Of a stretch of 64,000 nucleotides of DNA, positions 55,405-64,000 are shown piece by piece (position 1 is the first letter of the stretch; the number at the start of each line of letters is the position of its first letter). The notes under the pieces are model-generated. The model was given only the letters and a program-made list of their open reading frames with translations. It had not been told where the DNA came from and did not search any database. This DNA comes from a bacterium (GTDB taxonomy: Bacteria; SAR324; XYD2-FULL-50-16). The position numbers and the translations under genes were made by a program. Location: positions 416,001 through 480,000 of the forward strand of contig JAVVEA010000001.1 in NCBI GenBank assembly GCA_032250835.1, given 5' to 3'.

Positions 55405-55429
55405 TCCGCCGCTTGAGAAAAGCGGCGGA
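55405..55429 (-). terminator. Hairpin after the cytochrome c gene
   Basis: TCCGCCGCTT-N5-AAGCGGCGGA perfect 10-bp stem. Confidence 0.55.
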
Positions 55430-55436
55430 GCCGGGA

Positions 55437-55748
55437 TTACTTCACCGAAGAAAGGTATTCGCCGATGGCCAAAGCTTCCTCAGCGGTCAAATTCTTAACG
55501 CCGGGATTCGACTTCATGGCGCCCGTCATTTTGCTTTCACGTTCACCAGTTTTGATTTTCATGGTTTCGTCTGCCAAAAATTTGGCGTCTTTACCGGCCA
55601 AGCTGGGGAACATCTTGCTGGCAGACGTTCCATTAGCACCATGGCACATGCCGCATTTCTTCTGGGAGTACAGCTCCTTACCGTCCATGGCCATTGCGGG
55701 AGTAGCCAAAATCGTCGCCAACAGGGCAGCAAATATCATTTTTTTCAT
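55437..55748 (-). CDS. Periplasmic monoheme class I cytochrome c
   Basis: Signal peptide AMA, CGMCH, PSLAG, distal Met (GAMK). Confidence 0.93.
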   Translation of the reverse strand: MKKMIFAALLATILATPAMAMDGKELYSQKKCGMCHGANGTSASKMFPSLAGKDAKFLADETMKIKTGERESKMTGAMKSNPGVKNLTAEEALAIGEYLSSVK

Positions 55749-55816
55749 CGTAGACTTCCTAAACAGGATTGCAGGATTTCCCCCCGAGGAACCCCCAGGT
55801 CGAAATATATGGCCTT

Positions 55817-55845
55817 AGATTAAAGAACTGTAGGCCCCGCGTCAA
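55817..55845 (-). promoter_or_regulatory. sigma70-like promoter of the cytochrome c gene
   Basis: TTGACG-17 nt-TAATCT on the minus strand. Confidence 0.5.
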
Positions 55846-56204
55846 GCATTCTACATGCCCTTTAAGCAAAACCGAGCCTCAGATAGGATTAAACTGTAAA
55901 GTCAAAGATTTCTAAAAAAATTCAGTGATTTCCCCTAGCTAGGCCAGGGCTTCAATTTGCTTCAAGCTAAGGTCCAAGCCCCAGTTCCAGCATTTCACCT
56001 TAGGGGGATTGTTTAGGGAAAATTCAGGATTGATAAGACAGGTGATTTTGCGTAGGTTTAGGAAGAAAATAGCCCCAAAATGGTTATGGCCTTAAGTGGC
56101 CCGTGGACTGCATATACCAGTGTCCTCCTGTCCAAGCACTCAGAGCAACCTAGCTCTGAGGTTCGCCGCCTGGGCCAAGCACCTAAAATATTTGTTCTTT
56201 ACTG

Positions 56205-57926
56205 ATGACCGAACCAGCTGCTCAAGCTACAACACAACCGCCCGGCAACAAAGCCCTGGACCAGTCACTGGCCCGCGGATTTATGCTGCTGCGTGGTCGG
56301 TTGATGAAAGCGGCGTTGAACGAACTGCAAAAGGCCCTAAAAATCGACCCGAAGGCGGCCAAAACCAGTATGAACCAGCAGTTCGGTCGGGTGTACCAGC
56401 AAAAGAGCTTCGAAGAAGCCCTCAACCTAGGCAAGTTGCTGCTCAAGATTGAGCCGCGCAATTATGTGATCCTAAACCATATGGGCAGCTGCGCGCGCCA
56501 ACTCAAGTTGCGTGACGAGGCCGAACAATATTACCGCCGCGCCCTCCAGTTCAAACCTGACTACCTCAAGGCGATTTACAACCTAGGGGCCAACCGGGCC
56601 AAGGTGGATTGGTACGACAACGCCGTTGAGGAAAACATCCGAAAACAATTGCCTCGGGTCTCCTGGTGGTTGCCTCCCTTCCAAAACACCTCAGACCTCA
56701 TGTCCGAAGTGCGCATCGAATTGGCCGAACAAGGAGAAACCGAAAGCTTCACTTCGGTCTTTAACGTCTTAACCGCACGAGTAAAAACCAACTGGAAAAA
56801 CCACCCGCCCGATAAAGTGCAGCAGGTGATCCAGGGGGACAACTTCAATCTGGCGCTTTACGTCTTTTTAGAAGGCGAGTACCCCCGGGCCGAAGAAATC
56901 TTCTGCCATTTGGCCAAACAGGCTTCTACGCTGCCTGAGGTGGCGTCTTTTTGCCTGATTTCGCGCATCATGCAAGACCCTTCGCCGGAGAATATTGAAG
57001 CGGCCGCCAAGCTGGCCGCCGAAACGCCCCACAACCGGGCTTTGCTGCAAAACCTAGGGGTGGCCTTCTTAAAGCAAAACCACCCCATTGAGGGCTACCG
57101 CTATCTTTGCCAAGCAGCCTGCCTTCTAGAGCGTTCTGAAGGGCTATATTCGGCCGTTGAAATCGCCCAGCGTGCTTCTGAATATTTGGAAAATGAGCAT
57201 TTCGATATAGCCCTCTCGTTGTACGAAGAGGTCTGCCTGATCGCCGAACGAACCGAAATCCGCGCCAAAATGGCCGAGGTCTACCGCGCCCAAGGCGACC
57301 ACGACAAAGCCATGCTCAGCTACGAAAAAATGCGCGAGGGCGGCCAAGAAGACGACCTGACCAAAACGGTGATCCAAGAGGCGCACGATGCCTACCTAAA
57401 ATTGGCCGAGCAGGCCTTAGAGGATAAAAAGTTTAAGCTCGCCCAAGACTTTAACGCCCGCGCGTTACAACTGCGCCAGGAAATCGATACGCTGCGCCAG
57501 AAGGTACGCATCTTAAGCGTCCTGAACCAACATGAGGAGGTTGAAAAGCTCGAAGAAGAGATCCAGCGGCTCAAAGTCAAGCGGGACCAAGAGGCAGCAG
57601 AGATCAAGCGGCAGAACCTGATCCGCGAGGCAAAAGTTTTTTATAAATCCAAAGATTTTTTAAAGGCCGCCCGAATCCTTGAAGATGCTTTAAACATGAA
57701 GAAGGACCGGGATGTCTTCTTGTTACTGGCAGGAATTTATAAAGGAATTAAGCACACTAGGTCCTTGAACAACCTACTCTATAAGTGGAAGACTATGCCC
57801 GAGCCCAAGGTCGAAGAAGTGACCGAAGAGGTGGTTGAAGAAGAGGTGGCAACGCCTAAAAAGGAACTGGATCAGGTTGAAGAAATCACCTCACGCCCTC
57901 AGTTTGATTTCGATCTAGACCTGTAG
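56205..57926 (+). CDS. Tetratricopeptide-repeat protein
   Basis: Repeated TPR patterns (AEQYYRRALQFKPDYLKAIYNLG); acidic C-terminal tail. Confidence 0.85.
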   Translation: MTEPAAQATTQPPGNKALDQSLARGFMLLRGRLMKAALNELQKALKIDPKAAKTSMNQQFGRVYQQKSFEEALNLGKLLLKIEPRNYVILNHMGSCARQLKLRDEAEQYYRRALQFKPDYLKAIYNLGANRAKVDWYDNAVEENIRKQLPRVSWWLPPFQNTSDLMSEVRIELAEQGETESFTSVFNVLTARVKTNWKNHPPDKVQQVIQGDNFNLALYVFLEGEYPRAEEIFCHLAKQASTLPEVASFCLISRIMQDPSPENIEAAAKLAAETPHNRALLQNLGVAFLKQNHPIEGYRYLCQAACLLERSEGLYSAVEIAQRASEYLENEHFDIALSLYEEVCLIAERTEIRAKMAEVYRAQGDHDKAMLSYEKMREGGQEDDLTKTVIQEAHDAYLKLAEQALEDKKFKLAQDFNARALQLRQEIDTLRQKVRILSVLNQHEEVEKLEEEIQRLKVKRDQEAAEIKRQNLIREAKVFYKSKDFLKAARILEDALNMKKDRDVFLLLAGIYKGIKHTRSLNNLLYKWKTMPEPKVEEVTEEVVEEEVATPKKELDQVEEITSRPQFDFDLDL

Positions 57927-57956
57927 TGGACCCTACACCCTGGCATAGCTCGGCCC

Positions 57957-59243
57957 ATGGCACAGACTAAAAACCACCAGCTTAAAGAAAGCACTCCTTC
58001 GGTCAATACCAGCTTTTCTAGAGCCCAACGCCCGACCAACACCCGGGCGGCTTTAGAGGCTCAGAACTCGGCCAAAGAGCTTTCGGATATTCTGGGTTAC
58101 TTCCCCTATGGACCGGGTTTTTTGGGCGACAAGCTGATTTACGCCAAAGAAAAGAAAGGACTCTTTTCCCGCAAACCCAACAAGGACCTTAGCGACCTAC
58201 GCCGCGAAGTCAACAACTTCACCAACAAACAAGGCCTTTCGCAGTGCCGCACTGAAATCAAGAGCCTGATCAAAAGTTACCCTACCTGGGGCGAAGTCCA
58301 CGCGCTCAACGCCATCTTGGTCTTCAACGACGCCATGCAGGCGGGCTCTCAAGACCTCAACAAGCTCAAGATAATCCGTGATTCGCTGACCGAATTAGCC
58401 AAGGCCATGCATAACGGCTCGCTCAGCCTCTTTAACGTGAACTGGCTGATGGCCATGTACACCTCCTATTTGGGCTTCTTGACCGACCGCCTCAAAAGGC
58501 TCAACTCGGCGATGATGGAAATCAGCGACCCCGAAATGAACCGGCGCAAAAAGGAGTTGGATCAGCAATTGATGATGATCCGGCACTTAGGGGTGATCCA
58601 AGAACGGCAGAAGGGGCTGCGCAAGCTCAATTCGGTCCTTAAAAAGACCGGCATGTTCGTCAAACCATTGGAGCCTTTGATGATCGGCAAGGCGGCGCAA
58701 GCTTACTTGCAAGGCGGCAAAGAAAAGACCGTCGGAGATGAGCGGGTCAAAAGCGGGTTGATCTTGCAGATGCACTTCATGTTAGCCAACCTACTGGGCC
58801 ACGCGCCGATCATGTCTAACCTCGTCAAGTCCATGTTGGATATGGTCCCCGAAATCCACCGGGACTTTGTTCTGCAAAAGCGCATGGTCATGGCCAATGA
58901 GGGCAGCATCGAGTTCTATTTGGCTTTAGGCCGCAACGATACAGAGCATGCGCGGGCCTTAGTGGACCAATTGATGCTCTTCCACGCCGAAACCATTGCC
59001 CAAAACCTAAACGAAGCCTTGCTGGACCGGCCCTTCATGATCGACCCCATTTTAAAGATGGGCTACCTGATCAAAGACGCCCAACACATTATCCGTCCCG
59101 ACCAACTAGCCGCAAAGGCCCAGAAGGTGTTACCCTACCTGCGCGTACTGCTCAGTGAGCGCTGTCAGGTAGCTGGCGGTTCTCAGGTAGCGTCGGTGCT
59201 GATTTACGACATGCAACGCATCCTGGCCCGGCTGGGCTATTAA
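57957..59243 (+). CDS. Hypothetical alpha-helical protein
   Basis: 428-aa ORF co-oriented with its neighbours; no motif recognised. Confidence 0.75.
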   Translation: MAQTKNHQLKESTPSVNTSFSRAQRPTNTRAALEAQNSAKELSDILGYFPYGPGFLGDKLIYAKEKKGLFSRKPNKDLSDLRREVNNFTNKQGLSQCRTEIKSLIKSYPTWGEVHALNAILVFNDAMQAGSQDLNKLKIIRDSLTELAKAMHNGSLSLFNVNWLMAMYTSYLGFLTDRLKRLNSAMMEISDPEMNRRKKELDQQLMMIRHLGVIQERQKGLRKLNSVLKKTGMFVKPLEPLMIGKAAQAYLQGGKEKTVGDERVKSGLILQMHFMLANLLGHAPIMSNLVKSMLDMVPEIHRDFVLQKRMVMANEGSIEFYLALGRNDTEHARALVDQLMLFHAETIAQNLNEALLDRPFMIDPILKMGYLIKDAQHIIRPDQLAAKAQKVLPYLRVLLSERCQVAGGSQVASVLIYDMQRILARLGY

Positions 59244-59266
59244 TTCTTGTTTCTTAAGGACGCTTT

Positions 59267-60112
59267 ATGAGGTGGCCTTTTTTTTCTGGCCGCAAATTGG
59301 CCTCACTCTTGTTGACCCTCAGTATTCCTTGGACTCTACGCGCCGAGTCGCCCTGGGCCGTTTATTATTCCAACCAGCTCCCCCTAGAGACCTTCAAGCC
59401 ATACGGCCTGCTGGTCTTAGATTCCCAATACCACCCTCCGCTTGAACCCCTGAAGGCCCAAGGCAAAAAATTGCTGGGTTACATCAGCCTGGGTGAAGTG
59501 GAAAAACACCGCCACTTTTATCCCGAGGTCAAGGCCGAGGGGATTTTGCTGATGGAAAACCAGTACTGGAAAGGGAGTTATTTTGTGGACGTCCGCGATG
59601 CCCGCTGGACCCGTCGGGTGATCGAAGAGTTGATCCCCGCTTTGCTGCAACGCGGTTTTGACGGCATCTTTATCGACACCATGGACAACCCCTCCCACCT
59701 AGAGCGGATCAGACCTAAAGCGTATCAAGGAATGACCGCGGCGGCAGTTAATTTACTGCGGACCATCCGGGTCCATTTCCCTAAAATCCCCATCATGCTC
59801 AACCGGGGCTATGACCTTTACGACCAAGGCGGGGCCTACGTAGATATGTTACTGGGCGAGTCCCTTTATGCGGACTACAACTTCGAGCAGAAAACCTATC
59901 AGTTGGTAGAGCCCGAGTTATACCAACAGCAGCTAGCGATCTTCCAGAAAGTTAAATCAAAATATCCTAAATTAGAGTTATTTAGTTTGGATTACTGGGA
60001 CCCAGAAGATGTCGCGGGAATCCAGAAAATTTACGCCGAAGAACGCAAAAACGGTTTCCGCCCCTTTGTTTCGACCATTAAATTAGATATCGTCGTCCCT
60101 GAACCCCAATGA
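59267..60112 (+). CDS. Endo-alpha-1,4-galactosaminidase-like hydrolase (PelA N-terminal domain, stand-alone)
   Basis: Signal peptide; GYISLGE, GFDGIFIDTMD, MLNRG, GESL, SLDY. Confidence 0.85.
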   Translation: MRWPFFSGRKLASLLLTLSIPWTLRAESPWAVYYSNQLPLETFKPYGLLVLDSQYHPPLEPLKAQGKKLLGYISLGEVEKHRHFYPEVKAEGILLMENQYWKGSYFVDVRDARWTRRVIEELIPALLQRGFDGIFIDTMDNPSHLERIRPKAYQGMTAAAVNLLRTIRVHFPKIPIMLNRGYDLYDQGGAYVDMLLGESLYADYNFEQKTYQLVEPELYQQQLAIFQKVKSKYPKLELFSLDYWDPEDVAGIQKIYAEERKNGFRPFVSTIKLDIVVPEPQ

Positions 60113-62343
60113 AGCGGCTGCTGCGTCTTTTTCTGCTAGCCTTTCTTTTGGTCCCCAACCTCCGGGCAGAGCCCTTGCCTAGGGTCGTGGTCGGGCTTTA
60201 TGATGGCTCAATGGGGGCCTTTCAGTTCAGCAACATCCACCAACTAGCGGAGATGCCGCTCAATCACTTGGGGTTGATCATTCGGCCCCACGACCTCCGC
60301 GACGGCTTACCTGACTTAAGCGATGACCCACAGGTTCGCGGAATCATTAGCTGGTACCCCGAGGGGATTCAATTAAAAAACAAGCTGGCCTATCTTAAAT
60401 GGGCCCGGCAGATGGTCCGCGCCGGTAAGCGCCTGGTGATCATGGGCGATCCGGGTTTTTGGGCCTCCAGTTCAGCGGAGCTCAATGTAGAGCGCCTTTC
60501 AGGGCAGTTGTTGTCCGAAATGGGCATCCGCAATTTAGAGGACTGGGTCGAGTTGACCTATGACCACCGGTTCAGCTACGAAGACCCCAAAATGACCGGT
60601 TTCGAGCGCCAAGAACTGCGCATCAAACACCCCTATGCCCGCCTTGAACCGATCGGAAACCAAGTCCACAGCTACCTAGTCATCCAAAAGGGCTTTGATC
60701 CAGACACCGCCGCTCACTTAGCCATGGCCGGGGCCAAAGGCGGCTACGTGGCCACTGGATACGCAATGTTCCACGAGCCCGAATCCGATAACCCGGTACG
60801 CCAGTGGTTCATCAATCCCTTTGCTTTTTTTGCCCAAGCCTTCGGCACCAGCGACCTACCCAAACCCGACACCAACACCCTGGCTGGTAGCCGCATCTTT
60901 TACAGTCATATTGACGGAGACGGCTGGAACAACCGAACCCAGATGGAGGCCTACCGCCAAAGACCGATTCTCTCATCGGAGGTGATTGAAGAGGGGATCT
61001 TAAAGGCCTACCCCGACTTTCCAGTTAGCGTCTCGGCCATTGCGGCCGAATTGGACCCCCGTTGGAGCGGGACCGAAGAGGCCGAGGCGGTGGCCCGGCG
61101 TATCTTTGCGCTACCCAACGTAGAAATCGGCACCCATACCTACAGCCACCCGTTCCAGTGGAGTTTCTTCGCCGATGGCGACCCGGACAAGGAAAAACCC
61201 TACCTCCACCGCTATAAAGGGGGCGGCTGGGGCAACCGCAAGGTGATCAACAGCCTGATCTCGCTCTTCACCAAAAGCGACGAGAGCAACGTCTATAAAG
61301 AAGGATTGGGCCTCAGAGAGGATTACGACATCCCCCGGGCCTACGCCAAGCAACCCTTTGATCTGGATTTGGAAATCTCTGGGTCGGTCCAGTATATCGA
61401 GCAATTAGCGCCTAAGGGCAAAAAGGCCGCCATTTTGATGTGGTCCGGTAACACCAGCCCCTTTGAAATGGCACTCACTAAAACCCGCCAAGCGGGCCTA
61501 GCCAACATCAACGGCGGCGACTCTAGGATGGACCGCAAATACCCCTCTTATGCCTGGGTTTCTTCCCTTGGCCGGGTGGTCGGCAAAGAAGAACAAATCT
61601 ATTCATCCAATAGCAACGAAAACACCTATACAGACCTTTGGACCGGCGGGTTCCATGGATTCCGTTACTTGGCCAACACCATTTTTAACACCGAGTCCCC
61701 GATCCGCGTCAAGCCCTTCAATATCTATTACCATATGTATTCGGGCGAACGGCAAGCGAGCTTTAACGCGCTGATTGACAACATTGAACTAGCCAAGTCA
61801 CAGCGTTTGGTGCGGATAGAGGCGAGCCTGTATTCCCGCTTGGCTTCAGGCTTTTTCTCGGCCCAAATCCTACCGCTAGGTAAAGACCGTTGGGAGATAG
61901 GCCAACGCAAAGACCTACAAACCATCCGCTTTGATCAAGCCTCGCTTAAAACCGTAGACTATCGGCGCTCTAGCGGTGTGGTGGGCCACCACTACCTACA
62001 AGGCAGTCTCTATGTCTATCTAGACCAAGCCCACAACAGGCCGGTCATCGCGCTCAAGAATTTTGACCTCAACTTTGAGCCCCAAAGGGGACAAATAGCT
62101 AGGCTCGACTGGGGTACCTGGATCGTTACCGACCTAGAACGAAAGGGCCGCCAGTTTCAATTCAAAACCCGTGGCTGGGGACCGGGCCAACTGCGTTGGG
62201 TGGTGGACCCGAAGATAAAGTATCAAGTGCGGCGCGCCGATGGCGGTGCCCTAAGCTCTACCCTGGACAAAGGGATGCTGATGATCCAAATTCCCGGCAA
62301 CCAGCCTGAACCCATTGCCCTTATTGTAACCGAGATGCCATGA
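60109..62343 (+). CDS. pelA: PelA-like deacetylase (C-terminal part of PelA)
   Basis: PKPDTNT..G.RIFYSHIDGDG, EIGTHTYSHPF, WSGN, NINGG, NENTYT, IYYHMYS. Confidence 0.82.
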   Translation: MKRLLRLFLLAFLLVPNLRAEPLPRVVVGLYDGSMGAFQFSNIHQLAEMPLNHLGLIIRPHDLRDGLPDLSDDPQVRGIISWYPEGIQLKNKLAYLKWARQMVRAGKRLVIMGDPGFWASSSAELNVERLSGQLLSEMGIRNLEDWVELTYDHRFSYEDPKMTGFERQELRIKHPYARLEPIGNQVHSYLVIQKGFDPDTAAHLAMAGAKGGYVATGYAMFHEPESDNPVRQWFINPFAFFAQAFGTSDLPKPDTNTLAGSRIFYSHIDGDGWNNRTQMEAYRQRPILSSEVIEEGILKAYPDFPVSVSAIAAELDPRWSGTEEAEAVARRIFALPNVEIGTHTYSHPFQWSFFADGDPDKEKPYLHRYKGGGWGNRKVINSLISLFTKSDESNVYKEGLGLREDYDIPRAYAKQPFDLDLEISGSVQYIEQLAPKGKKAAILMWSGNTSPFEMALTKTRQAGLANINGGDSRMDRKYPSYAWVSSLGRVVGKEEQIYSSNSNENTYTDLWTGGFHGFRYLANTIFNTESPIRVKPFNIYYHMYSGERQASFNALIDNIELAKSQRLVRIEASLYSRLASGFFSAQILPLGKDRWEIGQRKDLQTIRFDQASLKTVDYRRSSGVVGHHYLQGSLYVYLDQAHNRPVIALKNFDLNFEPQRGQIARLDWGTWIVTDLERKGRQFQFKTRGWGPGQLRWVVDPKIKYQVRRADGGALSSTLDKGMLMIQIPGNQPEPIALIVTEMP

Positions 62344-64000
62344 ATCTGGCCCGGTACAACTTTTTTTATTACGCCGTCTTGATCTTGGCTGCCGTGGGGA
62401 TTCTCGGCGCTTTGAGCATGATCCCTTCAGAAGACGAGGTGGCGTTCCTAAACTTTAAAGACAAAAACTTTAAAGACGCCTTAACCCGCTACGAAGCCCA
62501 ATACGCCGCCGGAAACCGCTCGCCTTCACTGATCGGCCCGCTCTGCGATCTTTACTTGCAGTATGGCCAAGTCAACGCAGCCATCACCGTCTTAGAAGAC
62601 AACCTCGAGCGCCTCCCCGACCAGCTGGAGGTACGGCGGCGGCTGGCCAAATATTACCAATACGCCCAGCGCCCAGCCGACTATTTGATCAACCTCGAAG
62701 CCCTCAGCCGCCTCAAACCGGACCGGGAGATTCTGCGCCAGTTAGCCCAGATCTATAACTACAACGAACAATACGACCATCAAGCCGAGACCCTGCGCCG
62801 CATTATCTCCGAATTTGAACCGACCCACGAAGACTATATAAATCTGGCCTATCTTTACGCCGCCCAAGGCAAGATCGAAGAGGCCTATCAGGTGGTGCTA
62901 GAGTTATTTGACCAACGCTTTGCCCAAGTAGAACCGGCAGAGATCGACTTCGCTTTGAGCTTAATGTTAGACCTAAACCGCCGTGATGAAGCGCTAAAAC
63001 TGGCGTTGCGGGTGATTCAAGGTAAATGGGTCGGGCAGTTAGAGCGGATCACCAACCTATTCCAGCAAAAAGGGGCCTCCAGCATTGCCTTTAAATTACT
63101 AGAACCCTTTGAAGCCCAAGAAAACCTCCCCCAGGGAATCCTCCTGGCGTTGGTTTCGATCCAGATTTCACAAAACCGCCAAGAGGTGGCACTGGAGCGC
63201 CTGCGCCAGCGCTTTGACCAAAGAAACCTGCCGGTGGCCTTGGTCGAAACCTATCTGGAATTGATCCTTGAGTTTTCAGACGCCGAGGAGTTGAGCCGTT
63301 TTATCGCCCAAGCCAATTTAACCCTGCTAGACGAGTCGCACCACTTTTTGATCGCTAAGCGTTTGGTACGCACCGGCAAATTCGGCGACGCAAGAATTTT
63401 AAAACAACGCCTAAGCAAGGAATATTTAGAAGAAAACTGGCTGGTGAGCGCTGTATTAGAAGTGGTTTCAGACGGCTATGATTCAGCGGCGACGCAGTTG
63501 GCCATCTCGCGCAACCGTAATTTGGAAGACTGGCGGCGTTTGTTCTTGGCCCGGGTTTATCACGAATTGGACCTGCCCGAATTGTCCAAGGATCTGTTGA
63601 TTCAAGTGCGCAAGTTGTCTAGCGTACGGCACCTGAGCATGAACGAGGTAACGGAGATGTATCTCTACCACGACCTCACCCCGCTAGCTTATCAATTATT
63701 GAACCAGGAAAAAAAGCGGGTCGCCGGGCAGGAACTCTCTTACCAGTTGCCGGTGCTCTACGCCTGGATGAGTATTTTAGGGGCCATGGGCCGCAGCGAA
63801 GAAATATTGGCGGAATTAAGACAAATCGAAAACCCACCGGCCGATCTCTTCCGCCAGTTATACTTTATCGGCGTGCGGTTCCAACAACACCCCCTGGCTC
63901 TTGATGCTGCCCGTAGCTTCGAGGCGCTAGAAAAGAGTCCTGAAGCCACCGGCTACCTAGCCAATGCGCTGGCCTTAAACGAACAGTATGAAGAGGCCAT
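62340..64000 (+). CDS. PelB-like TPR protein, runs off the window
   Basis: Not in the track. ATG 62340 (ATGA overlap) gives MNLARYNFFYYAVLILAAVGILGALSMIP..., an N-terminal TM then TPR-like helices; the frame is still open at the window end. Confidence 0.7.
   Translation, partial: MNLARYNFFYYAVLILAAVGILGALSMIPSEDEVAFLNFKDKNFKDALTRYEAQYAAGNRSPSLIGPLCDLYLQYGQVNAAITVLEDNLERLPDQLEVRRRLAKYYQYAQRPADYLINLEALSRLKPDREILRQLAQIYNYNEQYDHQAETLRRIISEFEPTHEDYINLAYLYAAQGKIEEAYQVVLELFDQRFAQVEPAEIDFALSLMLDLNRRDEALKLALRVIQGKWVGQLERITNLFQQKGASSIAFKLLEPFEAQENLPQGILLALVSIQISQNRQEVALERLRQRFDQRNLPVALVETYLELILEFSDAEELSRFIAQANLTLLDESHHFLIAKRLVRTGKFGDARILKQRLSKEYLEENWLVSAVLEVVSDGYDSAATQLAISRNRNLEDWRRLFLARVYHELDLPELSKDLLIQVRKLSSVRHLSMNEVTEMYLYHDLTPLAYQLLNQEKKRVAGQELSYQLPVLYAWMSILGAMGRSEEILAELRQIENPPADLFRQLYFIGVRFQQHPLALDAARSFEALEKSPEATGYLANALALNEQYEEA

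Noticed and set aside
56097-56180. tRNA-like look (GGTTCG, ends GCCA)
   Set aside because: The T-loop lacks the conserved A, the T-stem is mismatched, and there is no proper D or anticodon arm.

Overview
Gene-dense bacterial chromosomal segment of moderate GC. I found no rRNA, tRNA, CRISPR array, transposase or phage gene. Signal transduction dominates: four chemoreceptors, six histidine kinases, a single-domain response regulator, a REC-GGDEF cyclase, an HD-GYP-like protein, an Hpt protein, a cNMP-binding protein and a PAS-only protein. O2/redox proteins include two hemerythrins, an ODP-type di-iron protein, TrxC, a rhodanese-ferritin fusion, a DsrEFH-like trio and a cytochrome c. The window also has alanine dehydrogenase, a fused 5-oxoprolinase, a GbsR/MarR-regulated LolCDE/LolA-like ABC operon, an mltF-MORN operon, an alpha-carbonic anhydrase and the start of a Pel-type exopolysaccharide locus. 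Two ORFs run off the window edges and are missing from the ORF track. The most notable signals are: (1) an FmdB zinc-ribbon gene whose UGA is followed by A-G-G-C-UAA and a SECIS-like hairpin, so a probable selenoprotein; (2) an in-frame UAG at codon 3 of the adjacent oxoprolinase; (3) a 7TM-DISM hybrid kinase with a ChiS-like C-terminal DNA-binding domain, preceded by a candidate structured RNA; (4) an ODP-histidine kinase-hemerythrin module; (5) PelA split into two genes. All family calls come from motif recognition by eye; no searches were run.
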